Shown: positions 27,570 to 36,169 of the stretch, in pieces
How positions within the stretch are numbered: the first letter of the stretch is position 1
Layout of the letters: every line of letters starts with the position of its first letter
Assembly (NCBI GenBank): GCA_035652275.1
Contig: DASREB010000162.1
Span: 4,371 to 68,370, forward strand
Origin: Burkholderiales bacterium
GTDB lineage: Bacteria > Pseudomonadota > Gammaproteobacteria > Burkholderiales > SG8-39
Reading direction: 5' to 3'
DNA: 64,000 bases
Translations under genes and position numbers: made by a program
Notes under the pieces: generated by a model
What the model was told of the DNA's origin: nothing
The model's database searches: none
Seen by the model: only the letters and a program-made list of their open reading frames with translations

Positions 27570-28361
27570 CTACGTTCTTTTGTGGAACTGGCGGGCATGC
27601 TCGAGGATGTCCTGCGGCGGCCGCGCATGGGTGTAGCCGCGGCGGGTGACCGAAATGCCGAGCCTCTTGAGATCCGCCATGGCCTCGGCCATTTTCACCA
27701 AGGCGGCGAGGCCGTCGACGATCGGCACCTCATCGATGCGCGTCATGCCGGCGCGTGCGATCGCCTCGCTGAGATACAGCTGGCCCGGGATGATCGCCTC
27801 GGCGCCCAGCGCGATGGCTTTGCGCGCGGTGCTGGAGAAGCGTTCGAGCAGCGCGCTGGCATCGTCGAGCGCCTGGCCGACGTCGGCAAAGCTCGTGCCC
27901 TCGAGGAGCATCGTCGGCAGTGCGCGCTCGGCGAGGCCGAGCCGCTTCACATGCAGATCGAGCATCTGATCGAAGCGCTCGCCGAAGGCGATGATCACGA
28001 AGCGGCTGCCGAGGAGGCAGGCGAAATGCATCGCCGACTCGCCGTAGCCGACCACCGGGATGTCGAGCAGCGAGCGCGCTTCGAGAAGCGCCGGATCCTG
28101 CACCGAGCTCAGCGCGAACACATCGTAGCCTTGCGCTTGGGCGCGTAATGCGTTCTCGAGGATGTCCTGCGCGTAGAGCGAGGCGGTGTAGGGATAGATC
28201 ACGGCCTCGGCTGGCGTATGCGTGCCATAGACGCCCTGCGACATCGCGTGCAGGTGTACCTCCGTGCCCGGGCGCGCGACCGCGGCGACCCTTTTGCGCA
28301 CGCCATCGAAGTACGCGGGGATGCGGCCGGCGTCGAACAGGCTCTGGTACCAGATCTTCAT
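27570..28361 (-). CDS. Asp/Glu/hydantoin racemase superfamily protein (COG4126-like)
   Basis: MKIWYQSLFD... 263 aa; paralog of 51003-51833. The usual catalytic Cys positions appear substituted (see findings). Confidence 0.65.
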   Translation of the reverse strand: MKIWYQSLFDAGRIPAYFDGVRKRVAAVARPGTEVHLHAMSQGVYGTHTPAEAVIYPYTASLYAQDILENALRAQAQGYDVFALSSVQDPALLEARSLLDIPVVGYGESAMHFACLLGSRFVIIAFGERFDQMLDLHVKRLGLAERALPTMLLEGTSFADVGQALDDASALLERFSSTARKAIALGAEAIIPGQLYLSEAIARAGMTRIDEVPIVDGLAALVKMAEAMADLKRLGISVTRRGYTHARPPQDILEHARQFHKRT

Positions 28362-28429
28362 CGCGCTCTTCCCTCGGGGGACAATGCGATGATATAGGCT
28401 TCACATTTGCCGATCCGGGAAGCTGCGAA

Positions 28430-28846
28430 ATGGCAAAGATTCAGATTCGCAAAATCGACCACCTCGTTCTGCGAGTGCGCGACATCGATGCCATGCGCAA
28501 GTTCTACTGCGACGTGCTGGGTGCGGAACACATCGGCTACAGACCGAAGTTCGCGATGTCGCATCTTCGCGTCGGCGAGTGCATGCTCGACCTCGTAGAA
28601 GCCGACAAACGCGGTGCCCCTGCGCCGGGCGCAGGCGGTCTCAATCTCGACCATTTCTGCTTCCGCGTCGAGCCGTTCGACCAGCAAGCGATCGTCGCGC
28701 ATCTGAAGCGCCACAACGTTGCGCTCGGCCCGATCCGCGAGCGCTACGGCGCCGAGGGCAACGGCGTCTCCATCTACCTCACCGACCCCGAGGGCAATAC
28801 GGTCGAGCTGAAAGGGCCCTCCGACGGCAAGCCGCCGCCGGATTGA
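28430..28846 (+). CDS. VOC/glyoxalase family protein
   Basis: ATG 28430. IDHLVLRVRDIDAMRKFYCDVLG ... HFCFRV ... SIYLTDPEGNTVEL. Confidence 0.8.
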   Translation: MAKIQIRKIDHLVLRVRDIDAMRKFYCDVLGAEHIGYRPKFAMSHLRVGECMLDLVEADKRGAPAPGAGGLNLDHFCFRVEPFDQQAIVAHLKRHNVALGPIRERYGAEGNGVSIYLTDPEGNTVELKGPSDGKPPPD

Positions 28847-28854
28847 ATCGGCCG

Positions 28855-29736
28855 TTACTTCTTCTCGACGGTCTGCTCTTCGATCTCGTAGAACTCGTCC
28901 AGTCCGACGAGGGTCTCGATCTCCTGGCGCGCCGCCACGCACTCTGCGTTGCTGAGCCCGGTGTAGCTGCCGGTGCGCTTGATCTCGCCGTAGGCGAGCT
29001 TGGCGAAGTGAAAGCTCGCGAGCAGGTAGGTGAGCGCGTCGATCGCCGCCTTGTAGCCCATGTCGGCGAGCTCGCCCGCGGTCGGTAAAGGCCGCCCATC
29101 GCGATTGCCGCGGCTGATGACGTAGACGAGCGGGATGCGGGCCTGCTTCGGCGCCTTCTTCATCTCCTCGGCATTGCGCGGGAAGAGCAGGCCGAGGTCG
29201 GCGCCCGCATCGGCCGCCATATTGATGCGTGTCATCGCCTCCTTCAGTCCCTCCGAACGGCAGGTATCGGTGCGAGCGATGACCACGAAGTCGGCGTCCG
29301 AGCGCTCGCGCTGCCGGCAGGCGTAGGCGATCTTCGCGGCGAACTCCTTGCGCGGCACGGCATGCGCGACGTACTTGTGATAGTGGGCTCGCTTCGGATA
29401 GAGCTGATCCTCGATGTGCGCGCCCGCAATGCCGGCACGGATGCATTCGCGCACCGTGCGCATGGTGTGCAGCGGCTCGCCGAAGCCGGCGCCGCCGTCG
29501 ACCACCAGCGGGATTTCAATTGCCGCCGCCACGTCGCCCGCGACGCCCAGCTGCTCGTCCATCGTCAGAAGCGGCTCGGAGGTGCAGCGCGACGCGCCGG
29601 TAACGAAGCCGCCGGTGTAGACGCACTCGAAGCCCAGGCTCTGCAGCAGGCGTCCGCCGAGCGCATCGTACGCGACCGGCATATAAACGAAGTCCTTCTT
29701 CTTCAGCAGCCGGCGCAGCGCGGTGGTCTTCTTCAT
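28855..29736 (-). CDS. Isocitrate lyase/PEP mutase family enzyme (methylisocitrate-lyase / oxaloacetate-decarboxylase-like)
   Basis: Only the last 293 aa of the 726-aa ORF are credible. Start MKKTTALRRLL at 29736 overlaps the ridA stop (ATGA). Motifs VDGGAGFGEP and GAHIEDQ. Confidence 0.8.
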   Translation of the reverse strand: MKKTTALRRLLKKKDFVYMPVAYDALGGRLLQSLGFECVYTGGFVTGASRCTSEPLLTMDEQLGVAGDVAAAIEIPLVVDGGAGFGEPLHTMRTVRECIRAGIAGAHIEDQLYPKRAHYHKYVAHAVPRKEFAAKIAYACRQRERSDADFVVIARTDTCRSEGLKEAMTRINMAADAGADLGLLFPRNAEEMKKAPKQARIPLVYVISRGNRDGRPLPTAGELADMGYKAAIDALTYLLASFHFAKLAYGEIKRTGSYTGLSNAECVAARQEIETLVGLDEFYEIEEQTVEKK

Positions 29737-30140
29737 TCGTCGACGATGGCGATGGCGTCGATCTCGACGTCGAACTTCTTCGGCCACGAGCCGACGACGC
29801 AGAACACGCGCGCCGGCTGGTCTTTCGTGAAGTACCGGCGGTAGACGCGGTTCACCTCTTCGAAGTAGGCGCTGTTCGTGATGTAGACGGTGCACTTCAC
29901 CACGCTCTCGAGCGAAGAGCCGGCGGCCTTCAGGCAGACCTTCATGTTCTCGAGCACCATCTTCGTCTGTTTCTCGACCGTGACGAGCGGGATCCTGCCG
30001 GTGCGCCGGTCCGTCGGCGTGAGGCCCGAGACGAAGACGAAGTTGCCGGCCCGGATCACCGGGTTGAGCGGAATGCCTTCCTTCTTCAGATGCCAGCTCA
30101 CGCCCGGGACGTCGATGACCTCCTTCTTTACTTTTGTCAT
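29733..30140 (-). CDS. RidA/YjgF/TdcF family protein
   Basis: 135 aa. VIRAGNFVFVSGL ... VKCTVYI ... PARVFCVV ... VEIDAIA. GGGAGAAG SD. Confidence 0.85.
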   Translation of the reverse strand: MTKVKKEVIDVPGVSWHLKKEGIPLNPVIRAGNFVFVSGLTPTDRRTGRIPLVTVEKQTKMVLENMKVCLKAAGSSLESVVKCTVYITNSAYFEEVNRVYRRYFTKDQPARVFCVVGSWPKKFDVEIDAIAIVDE

Positions 30141-30168
30141 AACCGCTTCTCCCTCTGGAGGTTCGGGC

Positions 30169-30235
30169 CGTCGCCCCCGCGAAGGCGGGGGTCCATGTTT
30201 TAGAAAACTGGGTTCCCGCTTTCGCGGGAACGACG
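30169..30235. repeat. Composite REP / MITE-like element (two inverted REP hairpins), intra-operonic
   Basis: CGTCGCCCCCGCGAAGGCGGGGGTCC-atgttttagaaaactg-GGTTCCCGCTTTCGCGGGAACGACG. The ends are inverted repeats of each other. Same architecture as 51843-51915. Confidence 0.8.
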
Positions 30236-30245
30236 CGTGGTTTCC

Positions 30246-31241
30246 CTAATACGTGTAGAACATCTCCTGAATCGCCCGGCGCTCGCGAGTGATCGTGAGC
30301 GCGAGCATGAGAAGAATGCGCGCTTTTTGCGGCATCAGGTCGTCGCAGACGATGAAGCCCTCCGCCTCTTTCTTCGGCGTGATGACCACGCGGCCGTTCC
30401 AGGAGCGCGTGGCGAGCACGACCGGGATGCCGGCCTGCACGGCGCGCTTGCCGGCGTCGAGGAACGCGGCGGGATAAGAGCCGCCGCCGAAGCCGACAAG
30501 CACCATGCCATCGGGCCGGTGCGCGGTGAGCGCGTCCACCAGCACGCCGTCGGCGCCGGCGTACGAATAAACGATGTCGACGCGCGGCAGCTCCTTCCTT
30601 CCGCGCAGGTCGAACGGCGTCGCCATAGTGTGCGGCCGCGTGACGCTGCGGTAGAAGAGGACGCGCGCATCCGAGTCGACGTAGCCGAGCACGCCGAGGT
30701 CGCGGCTCTCGAACGTGTCGACGCGGAAGGCGTTCGATTTCGTCACGTCGCGGGCGCTCTGGATCTCGTTGTTGAGAATCGTGAGCACACCACGGCCCGC
30801 CGCTTCCGGCGTGGCGGCGAGCCGGATCGCATCCAGGAGGTTGAGATCGGCATCGCTGCCCACGGCGCTCGGCGGGCGCATGGCGCCGGTCAGCACGACG
30901 GGCCGGTCGGACTTCACGGCGAGATGCAGAAAGTACGCGGTCTCCTCCAGCGTGGCGGTGCCGTGGGTGATGACGATGCCGTTCACGGCGTTCGTTCGAA
31001 ATAGGGCGTGAATGCGATCGGTGAGCTGCAGCCATTCCCCGGGGCCGATCGAGGGACTGCCGACCTGCAGGACGTCTTCGCCGGTCAGCTCGGCGAGCTC
31101 GCGAGCCTCGGGAATGCGCTCGAGCAGCGCTGCCACCGTCAGCTTCTTGCCGACCTCGGGATAGAGCGTGTAGTCCAGGCGATGCGGGCCGATGCCCGAG
31201 ATGCTGCCGCCGGTGCCGAGAATATGGACGCGCGGCCGCAT
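30246..31241 (-). CDS. L-asparaginase/glutaminase family protein
   Basis: Start MRPRVHILGTGGSISG (ATG 31241). The motif after it is ITHGTATLEET. Shares one nt with the upstream stop (TGATG). Confidence 0.85.
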   Translation of the reverse strand: MRPRVHILGTGGSISGIGPHRLDYTLYPEVGKKLTVAALLERIPEARELAELTGEDVLQVGSPSIGPGEWLQLTDRIHALFRTNAVNGIVITHGTATLEETAYFLHLAVKSDRPVVLTGAMRPPSAVGSDADLNLLDAIRLAATPEAAGRGVLTILNNEIQSARDVTKSNAFRVDTFESRDLGVLGYVDSDARVLFYRSVTRPHTMATPFDLRGRKELPRVDIVYSYAGADGVLVDALTAHRPDGMVLVGFGGGSYPAAFLDAGKRAVQAGIPVVLATRSWNGRVVITPKKEAEGFIVCDDLMPQKARILLMLALTITRERRAIQEMFYTY

Positions 31242-32272
31242 CAGGGAACGAGGACCACCTTGCCGAAGAAATCGCGCGAGTCGACCACGCGGTGCGCCTC
31301 CGCCGCCTGCGCGAGCGGGAAGGCCTTGTGGATGATCGGCTTCAGTTTGCCGTTGGCGACGAGGCCCATCACCTTGCGCAGCTCGAGCACCGGGGCGTTT
31401 TTCGAGCCGGCGAGGCGCAGCTCCTTGCGGAAGAACGGGATGATGTCGAACTGCACCACTTCGCCGGCGTGCGCGCCGACTGTGACGATGATGCCGCCGC
31501 GCGCGAGGCACTGCAGGCTCCTGGTGAACACCTCGCCGCCGATGTGCTCCATGACGATGTCGACGCCGCGGCCGCCGGTGATTTCCATGACCCGTTCGGC
31601 GAAGTTTTCCCGGCTGTAGTTGATGAGGTGCGTGGCGCCGAGGGCCTTGGCGTGCTCGAGCTTCTTCTCACTGCTCGCAGTTGTAATGATCGCGGCGGCG
31701 CCGGCCAGCTTCGCCACCTGCACGGCGGCGCTGCCGATGCCCGACCCCGCGGCCTGGATGAGCACCGTCTGCCCCGCCTGCAGGCCGCCGCGCGTGATGA
31801 GCACATGCCATGCCGTACCGAACGCGATCTGCGCGGCCGCCGCGTCCTCGTAGCTCACGTGCGAGGGCAGGGCGTTGAGATTGGCGATCGGCACGGCGAC
31901 GTACTCGGCATAGCCGCCCGGAATGTCGAGGCCGAAGTAGCCTTCCTGCAGGCAAAGGTTGTCGCGGCCGGCGAGGCAGAACTCGCACTTGCGGCACGGG
32001 ATGCGGCACGTGATCCAGACGCGCTCGCCTTCCTTGAATCCCGGCGCCTCGCCGTTCAGCGCCGCGATTTCGCCGGCGAACTCGCGGCCGAGGATGTGCG
32101 GGAACTTGACCGGGATGCGCGAGGTGCCGGCGCGGTGGTCGAGGTCGACGTGGTTGATGCCGACCGCGCGCACCCGCACCAGCGCTTCGCCGGGTTTTGG
32201 CACCGGCCTTGGCGCGTCTTCATACACCAGGACCTCGGGAGCGCCGAACTGGTGGAACCAGGCGACCTTCAT
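31241..32272 (-). CDS. Zn-dependent alcohol dehydrogenase / MDR oxidoreductase
   Basis: Start MKVAWFHQFGAPEVL (ATG 32272, TGATG junction with hydantoinase stop). GREFAGEI, CRKCEFCLAGRDNLC, AAGSGIGSAAVQ. Confidence 0.85.
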   Translation of the reverse strand: MKVAWFHQFGAPEVLVYEDAPRPVPKPGEALVRVRAVGINHVDLDHRAGTSRIPVKFPHILGREFAGEIAALNGEAPGFKEGERVWITCRIPCRKCEFCLAGRDNLCLQEGYFGLDIPGGYAEYVAVPIANLNALPSHVSYEDAAAAQIAFGTAWHVLITRGGLQAGQTVLIQAAGSGIGSAAVQVAKLAGAAAIITTASSEKKLEHAKALGATHLINYSRENFAERVMEITGGRGVDIVMEHIGGEVFTRSLQCLARGGIIVTVGAHAGEVVQFDIIPFFRKELRLAGSKNAPVLELRKVMGLVANGKLKPIIHKAFPLAQAAEAHRVVDSRDFFGKVVLVP

Positions 32273-33732
32273 CAGCTTTCCTTGTGGTGCCGTGCGCGGA
32301 TCGCGTCCGGGATCTTGCGCTTCAGGTACTGGCCGTCCTTCAGGTCGCCGTAGAACTTGCCGTCCGCCACCATCACCTTGCCGCGCAGCACGCTGACGGA
32401 GGGCCAGGCGCCGACTTCCTTGCCTTCCCAGGGTGTGTAGTCCGTTTCGTGGAGCTCTTCTGCGCGCACGGTACGGCGGCGGCTCGTGTCCAGGATGACG
32501 ATGTCGGCGTCGCTGCCGACCGCGATCGTGCCCTTGCGCGGATAGAGGCCGAGGATGCGCGCCGCGTTGGTGGAGACGATGTCGACGAACTTTTCGAGCG
32601 AATAGCCGCGCTTCTCGACCGTCTCGGTGTAGATCACCGCGACGCGCGGCTCGACGCCGGAGTTGCCGCCGGTGGTGTCGTCGATGCGGTTGCCGCGCAC
32701 CTTGACCGAGAGGTTGCAGCACACCTCGTCCGTGCCGACGCAGTGCAGATGGCCGTGCTGCAAGCCGTCCCACAGGCCCTGCTGGTCGCGCTTCGATTTC
32801 AGCGACGGATACGTGTGGTAGATCTGCCCGTTCGGCTTCTTGTAGTCCTCGGCGGTATAGAGCAGGTATTGATGCAGCGTCTCGCCGTAGATCGGATAGC
32901 CGCGCGCGCGGCTCTCGGCGATCGCCTCCACGCCGGCGGCGGCGCTGACGTGCATCATGTAGAGCGCCATGCCGTCGATGTTCTCGGCGAGGCGGATGAT
33001 GCGCCGGAACGAAAGATCCTCCGAGAGCGCGTTGTGCACCTCGGCGAGGTGCTCGAAGCCCGTGCGGTTCTCGCGGAAGAGCTTCTCGTACATGTAGCGC
33101 ACGATGTCGTCGTCCTCCGAGTGGATCACGGCAAGCCCGCCGTCACGCGCGAGGATCTTGAAGATCTCCCAGATCTCGCCGAAGCGCACCATGCGGCCGG
33201 CGCGGCTCGGCGTGATGTCGGTGGTGAAGATCTTCACCGTCGCGTATCCCGCCTGCACCGCCTCCTTGACCTCGGCGATGGTCGCGGGCGGCACCTTGCC
33301 GCGCAGCATCACGTGGTACGCGTAGTCGCAATAGCACTTGCCAGCCCAGTCCTTGTCGCGCGCCTCGATCGCATCGCGGATGCTCTGGCTCGACGATTCG
33401 TCGCCCGCCCGATCGGGCTTGCACGCCGCGAAGTCGATGAGCGTCGTGGTGCCGCCCCACAGCGCCGCGCGGCTCACTTGTTCGGGCGGTCCGCTGGACC
33501 CGGGCGGATCGCCGGGACGCTGCGGCGGGATGTACCAGGCGCAATGCACGTGCGGGTCGATGCCACCGGGCATGACAATGCCCGGGCCCGCATCGATGAC
33601 GCGCGCGGCCTGCGAAGGCAGCGTGCCGGGTGTGCCGAGCGCGGCAATGACGCCGCCGCGGACGCCGATTTCCCACGCGCCGACGCCATGCGGCGTGACC
33701 ACGCGCTCGCCGCGGATCAGGAGATCGAACAT
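32272..33732 (-). CDS. Dihydropyrimidinase / D-hydantoinase-type cyclic amidohydrolase
   Basis: Start MFDLLIRGERVV (ATG 33732). GGIDPHVH metal ligands, Lys in ATVKIFT, HSED, MHVS, GTDE. Confidence 0.85.
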   Translation of the reverse strand: MFDLLIRGERVVTPHGVGAWEIGVRGGVIAALGTPGTLPSQAARVIDAGPGIVMPGGIDPHVHCAWYIPPQRPGDPPGSSGPPEQVSRAALWGGTTTLIDFAACKPDRAGDESSSQSIRDAIEARDKDWAGKCYCDYAYHVMLRGKVPPATIAEVKEAVQAGYATVKIFTTDITPSRAGRMVRFGEIWEIFKILARDGGLAVIHSEDDDIVRYMYEKLFRENRTGFEHLAEVHNALSEDLSFRRIIRLAENIDGMALYMMHVSAAAGVEAIAESRARGYPIYGETLHQYLLYTAEDYKKPNGQIYHTYPSLKSKRDQQGLWDGLQHGHLHCVGTDEVCCNLSVKVRGNRIDDTTGGNSGVEPRVAVIYTETVEKRGYSLEKFVDIVSTNAARILGLYPRKGTIAVGSDADIVILDTSRRRTVRAEELHETDYTPWEGKEVGAWPSVSVLRGKVMVADGKFYGDLKDGQYLKRKIPDAIRARHHKES

Positions 33733-34700
33733 GCGTTCACCTCTTTTTCGAGGATTTCCAGTACGTCTTGCAGCCATTGCGCCTCCAGCCCTTGCGAGAT
33801 GACGACGATGCGCGTGCTGTGATCTTCGTCGGGCCACTGGTCGAGCCACGCTGGCGGATGGAACACGTGCTGTACGCCGTGGATGACGGCCGGGCGGCCC
33901 GGGCTCTCCACCACGTCGATCAGTCCCTTCAGCCGCAGGAGCTTCGCACCGCAATGTTCGGCCACGAGCTGCAGAAACAGGCTGAGCGTCGCCGCGTGCA
34001 GCGGCTTCTCGCGGCGCAGGCAGAAGGTGTTGATACCGCCGTGGCGGTGTGCGGCGGTCTTAAACAACGCCGGATCGTAGCGCGCGGGATCGTACGCACG
34101 GCCGTCGAAGAGCTGCGCCGCGTCCACCGCGCCGTGCATGGCCGCGAGCTTAGGCGCCGTCGGATTGAGCGCCTGCAGCCGCGCGGCGAGGCCGGTGGCT
34201 GCCGGGTCGGCGAGGTCGCTCTTGGTGACGACGATGCAGTCGGCGAGCGCCGCCTGCTTGACCGATTCCGGATGGGCGTCGAGCGTCGCCGCGCCGGCGG
34301 CCGCATCGACAGTGGTGATCACCGATTCGAGGCGCAGCGCATCGGCGATGTTGCGGTCGGTCATCAGCGCATGCACGATCGGCGCCGGGTCGGCGAGGCC
34401 GGTGGTCTCGATGACGATGCGCTCGAACGCGGTGACCGCGCCGGCGGCGCGGCGCGCGAGCAGATCGCCCGCGGTGCGCACGAGATCGCCGCGCACGGTG
34501 CAACAGACGCAGCCGCCCTCCAGCAGCAGGATTTGCTCGTCGCTCGACTCGACGAGCAGGTGGTCGAGCCCCACGGCGCCGAACTCGTTGATGATCACCG
34601 CGGTGCGCTCGAACGCGGGATGGCGCAGCAGACGCGAAAGGAGTGTGGTCTTCCCGCTGCCGAGGAAGCCGGTGATCACGGAGAAGGGCAGCGCATTCAT
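33717..34700 (-). CDS. COG0523 (CobW/YjiA-like) G3E metallochaperone GTPase
   Basis: Start MNALPFSVITGFLGSGKTTLL (ATG 34700). Metal motif GCVCCT. C-terminal CobW_C-like domain. Its 3' end overlaps the hydantoinase start by 16 nt. Confidence 0.85.
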   Translation of the reverse strand: MNALPFSVITGFLGSGKTTLLSRLLRHPAFERTAVIINEFGAVGLDHLLVESSDEQILLLEGGCVCCTVRGDLVRTAGDLLARRAAGAVTAFERIVIETTGLADPAPIVHALMTDRNIADALRLESVITTVDAAAGAATLDAHPESVKQAALADCIVVTKSDLADPAATGLAARLQALNPTAPKLAAMHGAVDAAQLFDGRAYDPARYDPALFKTAAHRHGGINTFCLRREKPLHAATLSLFLQLVAEHCGAKLLRLKGLIDVVESPGRPAVIHGVQHVFHPPAWLDQWPDEDHSTRIVVISQGLEAQWLQDVLEILEKEVNACSIS

Positions 34701-35014
34701 AGCAGCGATTGCGCGCCGATGATCAATCGCCCGCGCTTGGCTTGCGGCGCGAGCTCCTCGCGCAGCTGGCGCAGAAGTCCGGGCATGCCCGCAAGCACGC
34801 CGAGCGTCTCGGCGCCGCGCACGATCATCCAGCCGTGCGGCGCGCGGGGCACAATGCGAAGCGTTGCTCCGCCGGTCGCTACGATGAATCCGTCGTCGTC
34901 GCACTGCACCGTGGCGGCGACATCCCAGAGGCGCAACGCACCCGAAAGGACGCTCGCTGTGCGAGTGCGCCATGCCGTGTCTTGGAGCATCGGATCGATT
35001 CTATGGCTTGACAA
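34697..35014 (-). CDS. Hypothetical protein (up to 105 aa), first gene of the COG0523-hydantoinase operon
   Basis: The stop overlaps the COG0523 start (ATGA at 34697-34700). No family recognised. Start uncertain (ATG 35014 or 34990) and no clear SD. Confidence 0.4.
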   Translation of the reverse strand: MSSHRIDPMLQDTAWRTRTASVLSGALRLWDVAATVQCDDDGFIVATGGATLRIVPRAPHGWMIVRGAETLGVLAGMPGLLRQLREELAPQAKRGRLIIGAQSLL

Positions 35015-35146
35015 TTGGTAGGAGCGGCGAAACCATGACAGCGCAAGGTAGACGCTGCATTCAGTTTTGCTTCAGTCATGCCCGATATCGCTGACGTCGA
35101 TGGCGGCGCCGGCGCTTGTGAAGATCGAGAGGAGGAAGAAGCACCT

Positions 35147-36169
35147 ATGAAACGCAAGCTTCCGATGCTGCTTTCCGTGTTGGGCGCCTTCGGCCTCGCG
35201 GCCGGCGACGTCGCCGCTCAGGCGAAGTACAACCTGCGCTGGGGACACTACCTCGCCGACAGCCCGTTCGTGCAGCTGGAGAAGGACTTTGCCGCCGCGA
35301 TCGAGAAGCGCACCAACGGGCAAGTCAAGATCACCATCACCTTTGCCCAGGGCCTCGGCAAGACGACCGAGCTCCTCATGCTGACCGCCAAGGGCGCGAT
35401 CGACATGACGGCGACAGCGCCGGGCTACAACCCGGACCAGCTGCATTACTGGCGCGCATTCCAGCTGCCGCTCACCTTCGCCACGAGCAAACAGGCCATG
35501 AGCGTCCTGCGCACGGTGGTGAAGGAATTCCCGGTCTACAACCAGGAGATGGACCGCGCGGGCGTGGTGTGGCTCTTCCAGCAGCCCCTCGGCGAGTACT
35601 ACCTGAGCGGCCCGAATCCGGAGTGCGACAGCGTCGCCAAGCTCAAGGGCAAGAAGATTCGCAGCTTCGGCGCCGACATTCCGAAGGCATTCACCGCCAT
35701 CGGCGCGGTACCGGTCACAGTCGCGCCCACCGACATCTACGAGGCGCTACAGCACGGCACGCTCGACTATTCATTCATCAACCCGGGCAACATCCAGTCG
35801 TTCAGGCTGGTGGAGGTCGGCAAGCACCACTGCGGACCGGTGATGGCGATCACCGGCCACAACGTCACGATCAGCAAGCGCACATGGGGGCGGTTGCCGA
35901 AAGAGATCCAGCAAGTGTTCCGCGACCAGTCGGCGAAAACGATGGACGACTATCTCGCCTGGGTCGGCGACTTCGAGTCCAAAGCGGTCGCCAACATCAA
36001 GGAGAAGGGCGGCACGTTCAAGCCTTTCCCGGCCGACGAGCTGAAGAAATGGAAGTCGGAGTCGCCCGACTTCCTCGCGCAGTGGGAGAAGGACACCGCG
36101 GCGGCGACCAAGGATGCCGAGACGCCGAAGAAGGTGGCGGCGCGCTGGAGGCAGCTGCTCGCCAAATGA
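35147..36169 (+). CDS. TRAP transporter substrate-binding protein (DctP type)
   Basis: GAGGAGGAAG SD, ATG 35147, signal peptide MKRKLPMLLSVLGAFGLAAGDVAAQA. DctP-like body. Confidence 0.85.
   Translation: MKRKLPMLLSVLGAFGLAAGDVAAQAKYNLRWGHYLADSPFVQLEKDFAAAIEKRTNGQVKITITFAQGLGKTTELLMLTAKGAIDMTATAPGYNPDQLHYWRAFQLPLTFATSKQAMSVLRTVVKEFPVYNQEMDRAGVVWLFQQPLGEYYLSGPNPECDSVAKLKGKKIRSFGADIPKAFTAIGAVPVTVAPTDIYEALQHGTLDYSFINPGNIQSFRLVEVGKHHCGPVMAITGHNVTISKRTWGRLPKEIQQVFRDQSAKTMDDYLAWVGDFESKAVANIKEKGGTFKPFPADELKKWKSESPDFLAQWEKDTAAATKDAETPKKVAARWRQLLAK

Noticed and set aside
29737-31035. N-terminal 433 aa of the 726-aa ORF 28855-31035, which would make a giant fusion protein
   Set aside because: This stretch overlaps the well-supported RidA and asparaginase genes in other frames and crosses the REP element. 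Only the last 293 aa (ICL/PEPM family, ATG 29736 with ATGA coupling) are credible. Similar unsupported 5' extensions were trimmed for ORFs 30246-31511, 31241-32773, 32272-33954, 33717-34973, 53637-55343 and 49508-51043.
35008-35036. TTGACA-17 nt-AACCAT as promoter of the TRAP operon
   Set aside because: The -35 hexamer is perfect but the -10 is weak (3/6), and the site overlaps the possible 5' end of the 105-aa ORF. It is mentioned in a finding but is too uncertain to list as a feature.
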